A stretch of 64,000 bases of DNA, taken from the human T2T-CHM13v2.0 reference genome, Homo sapiens. Below, one piece after another: positions 1 through 14,317 of the stretch. Below the pieces are notes generated by a model that was not told where the DNA came from, did not search any database, and saw only the letters and a list, made by a program, of their open reading frames with translations. The DNA lies in the NCBI RefSeq assembly GCF_009914755.1, contig NC_060941.1; one strand, 5' to 3'. Every line of letters starts with the position of its first letter. Within the stretch, counting starts at the first letter, position 1. Both the position numbers and the translations under genes were made by a program.

Positions 1-235
1 CTGAGAATGCAAAAAACTCACTGGATATGCTTATTAAAAAGGAAATTATTTGGCCCCATCCAAGATCAAAATCAGGATCTCTAGATGTGAGGCACAGAAA
101 TATACAGCTTGAACAAGTACACCTTAAGAAATATTTAGTTTAATATAATGTTAACATGTTAATTATATAATGTTAAATTATATAATGTTTTAGTTTTAGT
201 GTAATATTTTAAGAAATATTGCCTGTTACACAATA

Positions 236-365
236 GGGATTCTGAAGGGTGAAGGAGTGGGAGGGGGGTGGAGAATAAGGAATTACTTAATGGGTATAAT
301 GTACGTTATTCTAGGGACAGATACCCTGAAAGCCCTGATCTCACCACTACACAATCTATGCATAC
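236..365 (+). mobile_element. Old L1 (L1M/L1PB-type) 3'-end fragment
   Basis: G-rich tract followed by GGGTATAATGTACGTTATTC...ACTACACAATCTATGCAT, typical of L1 3' UTRs. Confidence 0.5.
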
Positions 366-1599
366 CAGTAAATCTTAATTTTTGGGGGGGTACGGACCCA
401 TCTGAGAATCTGACCTTGTCCACAAAATAATGCACATGCATATATGATGTTGCATATTACTTCAGAGAGCTTGAAAACTGACTCTCCCTCCCAAGCCCAT
501 ACACTGACCCCCAAGTTTTACAAGGTTGCAAAGAAAAAAAATGAGCCAAGAATATTGCCCCATCCCGCAACCCCCGAACACTAAAGCAGACCTACAAAGA
601 GCAACATAAGGCATTTTCAATTCCGAAGGTCTAGAGTAATGGTTTTCTGCATCTTTAACATTTATCAAGAGTGAGCTGAGTCATCATTTTTAAAATATTT
701 GTAAATATTAATAAACTCTTTGGCAATACTTTATGTAGATTATGTAGATTATGCTCGTAACATATGTTTAACAACCAAACTACAATAAATCCGTTTTATT
801 TTATAATTAGAATAAACAATATTTAACATTTAATATATTCAGCTTGATCTCAATTGTGCAAATGTAATGCATAGAAAAAAAGACTGAGTAACCCAAAACT
901 CTACTGAGACCTCTGAGACCTGGGGCTGTGATGTTTACCCTTCTTTCTGCTTTTCTGTACTCTCCAAGCAGACAAGAAGAAGTATCTACCTATACATAGG
1001 AGTGTGGAATAGGAATAAAATCCCAGAGTGGCTGGCCACATCCCCAGGTTCTAACCCTGCTTTGGCTACCGTAAAACTGTGACCACAGGCAAGTCACTTG
1101 AGCACAACGAATCAGCTATTAGTACATGACAGTAGCCACCTTATATGTTTCTACTGTCCCCTTTGTCATTATGCAGAAGATATCTAGGCCACTATTCCCC
1201 AGTTATAATTTCCCTATTTACAAGCTCTGTCTTTCCAACTATTGCAAACGTATCCAGAGACTTAAGGAGAAACTTTACTTGTTTTGCTTCCTTGGCCAGT
1301 GCAGTTATTTAGAAATAATGAAGGGTCCATGTTTTTGCCGAGAATCTCAGCGCCATGTACCAGTCCAGCATTTCCCAACCAATGCAATAATACCATTGTC
1401 ATGTCAGGGAGTGACAAGTGATTAAAAGGTGATTACAGTATTTGAAATGTGACATTTCAGGAAAAGCTGCCTCGGTTACTGAGTAGCGCAGGTCCCCCGA
1501 TGTGGAACCTAGTTCCATCCCTGCCAGTTCAGAAATGCTCCTGCCAACCTCGCCTTCTTTCCCTAACTGCTCTCCTCTACCCACTTCGGGTATGCCCTC

Positions 1600-2160
1600 C
1601 TCAGGGCCTGCAAGGCGCGGGGCTGGGAAGACCGGGAAAGTCGGGTCAGGGGCCCGCCCGCCCTACTCGACTCCCTGCGCCCTGCGCCCGGCTCTTTTTA
1701 ACCCCAGCGCCGCCAGGCCCGCAGGGAGGGGGTTCCCGGGTTTGGACCCGGACTAGGAGGCCGCATAGGGCACGCGGCCCTACCTGTGAGGGAGGCCAGC
1801 TGGAGACTGAACCCACACTCGGGAAGGAGGCCCAGCCCCAATCGCCTCTCAGGAGTGGGCGGGTCCGCTCAGGGACAGGGGCTCTAGAGGGAACGGCCAC
1901 GCCCCGGACGCCGCCGGGAGCCAAGCGCCAAGGGAGGGGCGGCGGGCAACCGAGGCCAGGCGCCCGGGACAACGAGTACCTGGCGGCCGAACTGAGGACA
2001 ACTGAGGGAACTCGCAGAGCAGGGCGGGAACGCTTCCAGCAATGGCGGCGGCTCGGCGGTGCCGGCCTCCAGGCAGGGCATTGCGCCTGCGCAGCCGGAG
2101 CGTCGGAACTACAGTGCCCAGAATCCTCAGCGCCTGAGCCCCCCGCCCCTTTTGTCTGCG
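1600..2160 (-). promoter_or_regulatory. ZNF624: CpG-island promoter of a minus-strand gene (likely the KRAB zinc-finger gene ZNF624)
   Basis: GC/CpG-dense tract containing a YY1-like AATGGCGGC (2041-2049), an NRF1-like TGCGCCTGCGCA (2082-2093) and a ZNF143-type ACTACAGTGCCCAGAATCCT (2108-2127). The gene name is inferred from recalled synteny with CCDC144A; no coding exon lies in the window. Confidence 0.7.
1980..2065 (-). other. ZNF624: Non-coding first exon (5' UTR) of the minus-strand gene
   Basis: Minus-strand donor CCGCCAG|GTACTC at 1980/1979, just downstream of the promoter motifs. TSS position is approximate. Confidence 0.55.
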
Positions 2161-4674
2161 TTAGTGAAGGAATTGGCTCTTCGAGGGTGAGAAAAAATTC
2201 CAATTGGATACACTTCTGTTGAGAAGCCTTGACTATGTGTCAAAAGCAATAGCACTAGAGATACAAATAATGACACAACCCTTGTCTTGGAACATTTAGG
2301 TGCGACTAAAGAAAGCCGTCGAGAGAACAGATAGATGTGATCCAGACAAATATGTGAACAAGTGCTTGGAAACACATATTTCTGAACAATTCCCTTTATG
2401 ACAATTCCCTCAGAGTTGGAAGAGACAACAATTGATGACTATAATGCCAATTAAGTAGAATGGATATGAATGTCTGAAAATAAGCTGGAAATTTTAAGGC
2501 CAAAATTATTCGAAATACAAAGAAAAAACCTTTCTGAAGACAAATAGCTGTAGAAGTTCTCCTCAATGCATACAAATGATAATTCTTAAAACACAATGAC
2601 TGAAAGTATTTATTTGCAACAAATTTATTTGACCACTTATTCAAGGGCTGCTCGTCCAAGAGCTATATTAAGGTCTATTTACTTTATCCCTACCAAAGGC
2701 GGTATTTTTTGAGGATAGAAACTACATCTCATGGAGTTTATCACTCAGAGTGCCTACTTAGGAGACTGCTTGCATACTGAATGAAACGAAGGAAGAATGA
2801 ATGAATAATTTGGGACCCCACCTCCCAACACACTTCCACATATCGAAATGCACACGGAATGAGGTACATCTTCTAAGGAGAGTGGCATTGAAGAGTAATC
2901 AAAACAACAGGATATTCACAGGAGGACTGGAATAAAACGAAATTTCCAGTGAAAAAGATTACTCAAAATATTTATTCAATACACTCTGAAATTAGAAACT
3001 AAGCAAATGTCTTTTGGAGATCCCAGTTCCCTCACATTCCCCACAGATGAAGATGAGCCAAACAGAAGTCCAAAACTTAAACATTACAAAACAAATAATA
3101 AAATAAGACACTGTGACTGAAAATCAGCACAAACAATAAACGGCAGAAATATATCCCCCAAAACTTCAGAGGCAGAGCTCATTTGATTAAAAATTTAAAA
3201 TTATTACATTTAAAATGTTTAAGGACATGATAGATGGAATTAAAAACATTATCAACAAACAACAGAATGTAAAATAAGCCACCAGGAAAGTTTAGAGAAA
3301 CATACACATTTCGTTAAACTATTAAAAAAAAATGTTTAACACAATATTTAGGGTAGATTATTACTTCTACAGGGATAAAGTCCAGGAAAGACAGACACAC
3401 AGGTGACTTCAAAGGTATTGGTAGTGTTTTATTTCTTAATTTTGGTAGGAGTACACTGTTCAATTTGTAGTGATATTTGTTATAGGCAATTTTGTGTGCA
3501 TTTTATATTTAGTAATTTTTAAACTCTTAAAGAACTCTTCTGTGAAGGAAGAAACTAATGCTTTTTGGCTTCAAATAATAAACCAATGGTTAAAAGTTAC
3601 TTGAAGATAGATTTTGATTCAGATTGTATAACTTTATGCTAACAACGAACAGCTTTAGAAAATAGAGTAGGCTACCTTGTGCAATAATGAATTTGAATTC
3701 TTTGGAGAAGTTCAGGCAGAGATTAGATGAATCCTTGCTTAGAATTTTTAAATGTCCTCTTGGGAATTTGATTGCATGACCTGCAAGCTCTCTTCCACAT
3801 AAGCATTTTGTGTTTACATGAATATTCCTTTCATTACATTTATTTTTCCTCCCATTGGGCCAGGTAATGAATAGATTTGTATCATCATAATGTGTTATGG
3901 AATACTTAGGAATCAGTGACATTAAGGGATGACTTCGTCTGGGAAGAGTGGAACTTAATGGATTCCTCAAAAGGACTCTGCACAAGGGTGTGATATTGGG
4001 AAACTACAGGAACCTGGTCTCTCTGGGTAAGAAGAGTTTTGTTGTGACTCGCTATTTTTCTGTTGGACCAAATGGACCTTAGGATTCAGGGATTTATGAT
4101 ATCTTATGAACCCTTATGGAGTAGTTCTATCTCCATTTCCAAGTAAAAACTCTACTCTTTGTAAAGGGAAAAATTTATATTTTCATCAGCATATCTTGAA
4201 AACTCTACCTGAGGACAATCCCCCAGACCTAGGACTGTCTCTTTTAAAGTCTCTTTTCAGGTACTTCAATTCTGCCTTTTTAAAAAAATTAGAAAAATAT
4301 ATATTTTTGGCTAACTTATATTGGTTCTGTGATGCAGCATATTTTACCATTCTTGGGAGCACATATTTGACCCCTCCCAACTACCTTTGTAATCATATGG
4401 AACTCCCTATATTGATCATGCCTTCCAAAAGATTATGTCCACATAGAACTCCGGAATGGCTTTTTGTCACCAACATAGTGAAGTTCTATTTCCCTTTTCC
4501 CGAACAGGGCTTGCAGTTCCCAAACCAGACACAATCTCCCAGTTAGAGAAAGAAAAAGGATCCTAGATGATAGTGAGACAAATTTCAGGAAACTCCATCC
4601 AAATAAGTAAATGAGAATGAGGATAAGATTCATTGTAAGTAACATCCTCAGTTGGTGTTCAAAAGTTATCTTTT

Positions 4675-4996
4675 GCCTGGGTACAGTGGCTCACACCTGT
4701 AATCCGAGTGCTTTGGGAGCCCAAGGTGGGAGGATTGCTAGAAACCAACAGTTTGAGACCAGCTTGAGCAATATAGTGAGACCCCATCTCTTAAAAAAAA
4801 TTTAAAAATTTACCAGGCATGGTGGCATTTGCCTGTAGTCCCAGCTACTCAGAGGCTGAGGTGGGAGGATCGCTTGAACCCAGGAGTTCAAGGCTGCAGT
4901 GGGTGAGGATTGCAACACTGAATTCCAGCCTAGGTGACAGAACGAGACCCTGTCTCTCTAAAAAACAAGCAAACAAACCAACCAAAAACCACGAAC
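4675..4996 (+). mobile_element. AluJ with A/C-rich tail
   Basis: Dimeric Alu with J-type AGGAGTTCAAGGCTGCAGTG right arm. Confidence 0.85.
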
Positions 4997-5009
4997 AAAC
5001 CAAACCCCT

Positions 5010-5322
<313 letters not shown>

Positions 5323-5647
5323 AAACCAAACCCCTTTTAGCAAAATACCTGCATGAGGTAATAAAACTTATGTATCAAATGCCTACAACAAACATATGTC
5401 ATGATGAAATGTTAAATGTTAAATGCTTCCCATAGAATTAGGTTCAAGATGAGTTTCCATCCACCATCACATTTCATTTTCACATTGCAGAATGTAAAGG
5501 GGCCTGCCCAAGATCATAACATTGCTCACTGGGTAAGTCAAGAGAACCCAGTACAGCACTTTAGATCCTTCATTTTAGTTTTGTTCTAAAACTGCTCCTG
5601 TTACCCTTTGGACATGAGTCTTTTATGTATTATCATTTGAATTCATG

Positions 5648-7884
5648 TATATTAGTTCATTTTCGCACTGCTCTAAAGAATGCCTGAGACTGGGTGATTT
5701 ATAAACAAAAGAGGTTTAATTGGCTCACAGTTTTGCATGGCTGGGAAGGCCTCAGGAAACTTACAATCATGATGGAAGGCAAAGAGGAAGCAGGTAATTT
5801 ATTCACAAGGCAGCGGGAGAGAGGGGAGAGCAGGGGAAACTGCCACTTATAAAATCATCAGACCTCATGAAAACTCACTGTCATGAGAACAGCATGGGGC
5901 AAACCACCCTCATGATCCAATCACCTCCCACCAGGTCCCTCCCTCGACACATGGGGATTAAAATTCAAGATGAGATTTGGGTGGGGACACAGAGCCAAAC
6001 CATATCATTCTGCTGCTGGGCCCTCCTAAATCTCAAGCCCTTTTCACATTTCAAAACCAATTATGCCTTCCCAATAGTCCCCCAAAGTCTTAACTCATTC
6101 CAGCATTAACCCAAAATCCAAGTTCAAAGTCTTATTTGAGACAAGGCAAGTCCCTTCCATCTATGAGCCTGTAAAATCAAAAGCAAGTTAGTGACTTCCA
6201 AGATACAATGCGGGTACAGGCATTGGGTAAATGTTCCCATTCCAAACAGGAAAAATTGGCCAAAACAAAGGGACCAACAGGCCTCATGTAAGTCCAGAAT
6301 CTGGTAGGGGAGTCATTAAATCTTAAAGCTCCAACGTGATCTTCTTTGACTCCATATCTCACATCCAGGGCATTCTGATGTGGGCTCCCAAGGCCTTGGG
6401 CAGCTCCGCCCCTGTGGCACTGCTGGGTATAGCCCCTTTGGCTGTTTTTATGGGCTGGCACTGAGTGCCTGCAGCTTTTCCAGGCACATGGTACAGCTGT
6501 TGATGGATCTACCATTTGGGAGTCTGGAGGATGGTGGCCCTCTTCTCACAGCTCCACTAGGCCATCCCCCAGCAGGGACCCTGTATGGGGGCTCCAACCC
6601 CACATTTCACTTCTGTGCTGCCCTAGCAGAGTTTCTCCGTGAGGACTCTGCCCCTGCAGCAGACTTCTGCCTGGACATCTAGGTGCTTCCATACATCCTC
6701 TGAAATCTAGGCAGAGGCTCCCAAAGCTCAGCTATTCTGTGCACCTGCAGGCCCAACACCACATGGAAGCCGCCAAGGCTTGGGGCTTGCACCCTCTGAA
6801 GCAACAGCCCAAGTTGTCCTTGGCCTCTTTAACCGCGACTGGAGCTGCAGCAGCTGGGATGCAGGGTACCATATCCCAAGGCTGCACAGAGGAGCAGCCC
6901 TGGGCCTGGCCCACAAAAACCATGTTTCCCCGCTAAGCCTCTGGGTGATGGGAGGCATTGCTGTGAAGATCTCTGACATGCCCTGGAGACATTTCCCCAT
7001 TGTCTTGGCAATTAACATTTGACTCCTTGTTACTTATGCAAGTTTCTGCAGCGGCTTGAATTTCTTTCCAGAAAAGGGTTTTCCTTTTCTACCACATAGT
7101 CAGGCTGCAAATTTTCCAAACTTTCATGCTGTCACTTCTTGAACACTTTACTGCTTAGAAATTTATTCTGCCGGATACCCCAAATCATCTCTGTCAAGTT
7201 CACCCAGATCTCTAGGTCAGGAGCAAAATGCCACTAGTCTCTTTGCTAAAGCATAGCAAGAGTGATCTTTGCTCTAGTTCCCAATAAGTTCCTCATCTCC
7301 ATCTGAGACCACCTAAGCCTGGACTTCACTGTCCACATCACTACCAGCATTTTGGTCAAAACCATTCAACAAATCTCTAGCAAGCTCCAGATGTTCCCAC
7401 ATCTTCCTGTCTTTTTCTGAGCCCTCCAAACTGTTCCAACCTCTGCCCATTACCCAGTTCCAAAGTTGCTTCCACATTATCAAGTATCTTTATAGCAGTG
7501 CCCCAAACTCTTGGTACCAATTTCCTGTATTAGTACATTTTCACACTGCTATAAAGAATGCCTGAGACTGAGTAATTTATGAACAAAAGAGGCTTAATCA
7601 ACTTACAATGCTGCATGGCTGGGGAGGCCTCAGGAAACTTACAATCATGGTGGAAGGCAAACGGGAAGCAGCAACTTCTTCATAAGGCATGAGGAGAGGG
7701 GAGAGCAGGGGAAACTGCCACTTATAAAAACAACAGATATTGTGAGAACTTGCTCACTATCACAAGTACAGCATAGGCAAAACTGCCCCCATGATGCAGT
7801 CACCTCCCACCAGGTTCCTCCTTTGACACATGGGGATTACAATTTGAGATGAGATTTGGGTGGAAACACAGTCAAACCATATCA
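5648..7884 (-). mobile_element. Full-length THE1 (THE1C/D-like) MaLR: LTR 5648-6007, internal 6008-7525, LTR 7526-7884
   Basis: Two ~360-bp LTRs ending in AAACCATATCA on +, THE1-int body between them, 5-bp TSD TCATG at 5643-5647 and 7885-7889. Confidence 0.9.
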
Positions 7885-9989
7885 TCATGGTTGCTGGTGG
7901 ATTAGTTGATATTCTGAGGTAGAGATACAATAAGCTATCAGTTTGATTAGGTCTGGGTTTTGCTTTTTCTATGGTAATGTAAAAGGGCAGGAAGATTAGT
8001 ATGTTACAAGTTCACTGCAATTACAAATCAGTCTCTGTACATATAAGAAAGCACAAAATCACAGACCTAGGGTCTTGACAGATATGAAAGCAAACCTATG
8101 TGATATCATGTCCACATCTTTACCTCAAACTCTCACCTAAAATTACTAGTGAGGACTTTTTTGTCCTGCTGTTAGTATTTGATAATTCTAGGTAGCATGC
8201 AATAAGATATGGAATATATGTATAACTTGATTTTATAATATTAATAACAGCCTAATTTTAAATATATATGTTGTGCCTTGTACTCTACAGAAAATGCACA
8301 CTTTCCTTTTTTCTCTAAATTAGGTTTAATTTATTTCAGAAGTTTCTAGATTTTATTGTCTCTATTTAGCCAAAGCTACAAGAAAGGTCAAATTAATATC
8401 TTTAAATGCTTTCATTATCAATCAAGAAAGTGAAATGAACAAAGAATTTTACTCAAGAAACTAGTGAGAAATCAAAGAAATGTCCAAAAAGTAGAATACA
8501 AGAATTAATAAAAACAGATTAGCAGTGGAATAAATAAATGAATCCAACTGGTTCTTTGTAATGGAATGTGGAAAGACATACTCTATTCTTCTGGATAGGA
8601 AGATGAAATATCATAATCATATCAATGCAAGTTTTATGCATGCTCAAACATGTATAAACTAAGAAAAAGTCTGAAAGGACATACAGCAAAATGTTTGCAG
8701 TTTTTTTCCTTTAAGTGGTGAGATTAAAGGTAATACTTTTCTTTTTTATACTTTTCTGTATTTTCTAAATCTTCTGTAAAGAACATATAATTTTATGATC
8801 AGGAAAAAATAAGACATTTAAAAAATACCAAATTACCTCTCATTAATACGTATAATGCAAATGCCAATCAAAATACCAGAGAGACAAATGAGGGACTGGG
8901 GAAGAACTTCAAAAAGGGCCACATGGGAGATTAAACGTTATGCAAAAGAGTAATGAGGAATCTTAAAGCAAAAAAAGGGAAAGTAATCTTATTCTACAGG
9001 ATATTAAAACCTAATGCAAAGCTTGGCTAGTGACTTCTAATAAAATTGCTTCCATACTTTAAATAAAATACCTGCAAATTTAGAACACAGACAAAGATAG
9101 AAACTCCTCACATGACCCACCACGAAGCCCATCAGATGGCAGAATGCAGAATCAGGTTGCAATGGACTGATCTTAAAACACATGAAGCAGTAGAAAAAAA
9201 TCTTCCTGGAGCTGATGGTATAATTTGCTTCTTGAAACAATGACAGTCCATGAAATAAGGTGGGAAGATGTTTTGAACCTCTCTCAGCAGCAGATCCCTA
9301 AATCACAGACCCAGAACTTGGAGGAAACAGGAAACAGGAGGCCATCTCTGCACCTCTCCAGCACTGCTCTGGTTGGTGGGCAGAATATCATACAGTCATC
9401 ACGATTCTTATATCAAAAACCAAAATTCTAGACTGATTAGATAATTATTTTTTTTTAATGAGAAAAGTTATTGTTTATTGAATCTTGGGCTAGGGAAGAT
9501 ATTTCCAAGCAAAAAGGGTAAAAAGAAAGAAAAAGAAATGATTAACAGATTGAAATGCAATAACAATGTAATATCAAGTGCTGGCAAGAGCTCAGGGAAG
9601 TGTGTGTTCTCATGACTGCTGGAACAAATTGGTATAATATTTCTGAAGGGCAATCTGGCTGGATATGTTAGAAGTCTTTAAAATGTTTATGCTCTGACTC
9701 AGTAATTCAATATCTAGGAATTTTTCCTAAATCAGTAATAAGAGAGAGATGAAAAAAAGTATTTACAATATTGAAAGACTGGAAAGAACATAAATGTTCA
9801 ATAATACATATATGTTCAACAACAGGGGACTAGTAAATATGAATTATTTATATGATAAAATACTATCTAACCTTAAAATAATGTTTTAAATAATATTTAA
9901 TGATGAGAATATGCTGAGAAAAGTTTAATCATTTTAAAAAAGTTAAATGCAAAATGAAAGTTAATAACATGTACAAGATTATTCTAAAT

Positions 9990-11027
<1,038 letters not shown>

Positions 11028-11262
11028 TGATTCTCTACATCTCAACTACACTTTGAACTGTCTACCACCAGAAATTTGGGTGTTTCCTTTTTGTATCCCA
11101 GTGCCAATCTGTCTGCAATCTAACAGGTCTTCAAGCTGGAATGCTGGCTTCATGAGTGAAATAGATGAGCAAATGCTTCTCTGTGCTCTGTGAATTTAGA
11201 GGTTAAGGGTAGAAATGTGAACAAGGATGGGCAAATACCAGTAAAAAGCTATCTCTCCTCAC

Positions 11263-11352
11263 CTTGGCCAGCAGGCTGGAAAGATGTTTAATTTCACCAA
11301 TTGCCTTTAGTAATTCTTGTCTGAACTCATTGCGAGACTGTTCCAGTAGATC
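11263..11352 (-). pseudogene. Unprocessed SPECC1 (cytospin-B) exon 3' fragment
   Basis: Translates [30 protein letters not shown] versus recalled SPECC1 [30 protein letters not shown] (25/30 identical), followed by donor AAG|GTGAGG. Confidence 0.8.
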
Positions 11353-11386
11353 CAGAATACCATGCTGCTTACTAATGCATGAGACA

Positions 11387-11610
11387 CATGAGTTTCCTGT
11401 GGATCTGTGACAAATGACCAAAAACTTGGTGGCTTAAAACAATAGCAATTAATTTTCTCACAGTTCTAGAGGTGAGAAATCTTCAATCAAGATGTTGGCA
11501 GGGCCCTGCTTCCTACAAAGGGCCTAGGGGGATGCCATTTCTCACCGCCTCCAGCTGCTGTGGTTCCACGTGTTTCTTCTGTGGCTACATCACTCCCCTT
11601 CAGCTTCCCA
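11387..11610 (-). mobile_element. MLT1-family LTR fragment
   Basis: ACTTGGTGGCTTAAAACAA...TCTCACAGTTCTAGAGG motif. Confidence 0.6.
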
Positions 11611-13106
11611 GCCCCTGCAGGTCAGGAAGGCACAGGAGGAGGAGGTGGGAATGGGTGTGGAGGGCCACACACCAGGCCAGGGCAGCAGGCACTCAGAACA
11701 CAGTGGCCTAGAAGCGGGGTACCAGGAAGCCACACCAGCCTTCAGGGCCCCAGGCATGCTCCCTCCTGCCAAAGGCCTTTGCACATGTTGTTCCTGCCTT
11801 CTCAAATGTTCCTCCCTATCCTCTCTGCTGCTGCATAGCAAGGTAACTTCTACTCAGTCAAAACTATCACTGTCTAGCACAACCTAAATGTCCATAAACA
11901 GAAAACATCAACAAATGACAGTGTATTCATGCAATGAAATACTATACAGCAATGAAAAAGAATGACCTATGACCACATGCAACAATATAAGAGGATCTCA
12001 CAGATGTCATTGTTGAGTGAAGAAGCCAGACTCAAAAGAGCACCTTCCTCATGCATCTATAGAAGGCAAAAAGAAGCAGAATTAATCTACAGCAAAGGGC
12101 TGAGAAGAGTGGTTACTTCTGGGGGGAAGTATTGGATGGGAGGGGACAAAAGAACCCTCTAAGGGCTGGGCTTGGTCTTGTCCAGCTTGGTCTGGGGGCT
12201 GAGACTGAGTGCACCCGTGGGTAAAAGTTCATCAAGTTGAACACTTAAACTGTGTGTTCTTCCTACAATGAAAAAATAAAAACAAAACAGGCCCCTTTCT
12301 CTGAGAAGCCTTTTCCCAGACTAGAGACCTGTCCCCAGGATGAGCTGCCAGGGTTCTGTGCAACCTTCCTGCAGGCTATTGTCGCGCTGTGATGGTCTGT
12401 GTCCCCGTGAGATGGTGAGGTGGAGTCTCTAGGTTTCTCCAAGCAGAAGATTGTATCATCTGCAAACAGAGAAAATTGGACTTTTTCCTTTCCAAGTTGG
12501 ATGCAGGGCTATTATTTTATTTCAGGCCATTTTCCAAGCTCATTGGTTTTTGTCAGAATTCAGTTCCTATAGTCACAGGACTGAAGATTCTGGTTTCTTT
12601 TTGCCTGTCAATGGAGAGTTGTTCTCAACTCCTAGAGGTGGCCCACCATTTTATGGCATGCAGCCTTCCCTACAGCATGGTAATTGTTTACCGTGGAAGA
12701 AAATCTTACAAGAAATCTTCATATCACCTACCATACAGTTGCCTCTAAATTTCAAATGTTCATATTCTCCCTAAAGGCAAAATACATTTACTCCCTTCCA
12801 AAGATTTCATCTCATCATCAGCTCAAATCCAAAGTATTATTATCTAAATTGTATCATCTCATCAGCTCAAAGTCCAGAATGGCCCCTAAACATCACAAAC
12901 TTGAAGTTTAGAATCTTAACTTCTAAATGTTCTAAATCAGGTGCAGATGGGTACAAATCATTCAGTGCAGCTCCTGGGGGCACACTTTCAATTTGTGGAC
13001 CTGTGATGCTAAAGAAACAAGTTATTTTCTCCAACAATCCTAATATACATTAGTGGACAGGCAGAGGATAACAGTTATGTGCATCTGGATAAAGATAGGT
13101 GGCAGA

Positions 13107-13447
<341 letters not shown>

Positions 13448-14219
13448 TTAACAAACGAGCCATAAATAGAAAGTAATTAAAAATTAAAGAAGCTATTTCA
13501 TTGAATGTTATACTGGTCAGCATTGAAGTTTGCCAAAATTTAAAGATTTCAGATTGTTGAACGTGTATGTTAATAAATTATAGATAAGAATATATGTATT
13601 TATAATATATTTTAACAGTTTCACTTCCTCAGAATAGTGTTACTACTCGAGTATCAAAGAGGCCAATTGGGTCATGAACACATGTAGAAGCATAGATGCA
13701 ATGTTTATAATCTAATCTCCATGGAAAAAAAAATGCTCAAAAACCTAGAGATGTGAGTAGTACCAATGCAATTTCTACAATTTGTCAAGATTGTTTAAAA
13801 TGAGAATTTCTATTTCCCTGGTTGGCTGTTACTTTTCTGGAAGCCTGAGGAGAGGAGAAGCTGTCAGTGGAGGTCCCTGAAGTTACCCAGGCCCAGGAGA
13901 GACACAGCATCAGCTGACAACTGCAGTAAATGCCACTGAAGACCCTCACTGGGAAGAGGCTGCAGAACCGTGTCTGCCATGCTCGTGTTTTAAATGCTGG
14001 CCAAGCTGAATCAAAACTCCTTTTCCTTTTTCAAATTTCCTTTTTTAAATAGAAGAAGTTTCAGGTACTCAAAAAATGTCACACAAGACTTATTGTGTTT
14101 GCCCTGTATCATTTCTTTCTTAAACAATTTAAGCAGGAGTTATTTCACATACTGTATTTGGCAATCAGCTTTTGTTATTTCAAACCAATGAAGACAATAA
14201 ATTTGCTTTCTTCCTCTAT

Positions 14220-14317
14220 TCTTTTTCTTTCGTTTTCTTTTTTTTTGAGACGGAGTCGCGCTCTTGTGCCCAGGCTGGAGGGCAGTGGTGCGATCTCAGC
14301 TCACTGCAGCCTCTGCC
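14220..14317 (-). mobile_element. Alu right-arm 3' fragment with tail, fused to the NEK4 pseudogene
   Basis: Minus strand reads GGCAGAGGCTGCAGTGAGCTGAGATCGCACC...CCGTCTC followed by an A-rich tail. Confidence 0.85.

Noticed and set aside
1449-2222. 257-aa ORF and overlapping ORFs
   Set aside because: Low-complexity G/P/R/A translation of a CpG-island promoter; stop codons are rare by composition.
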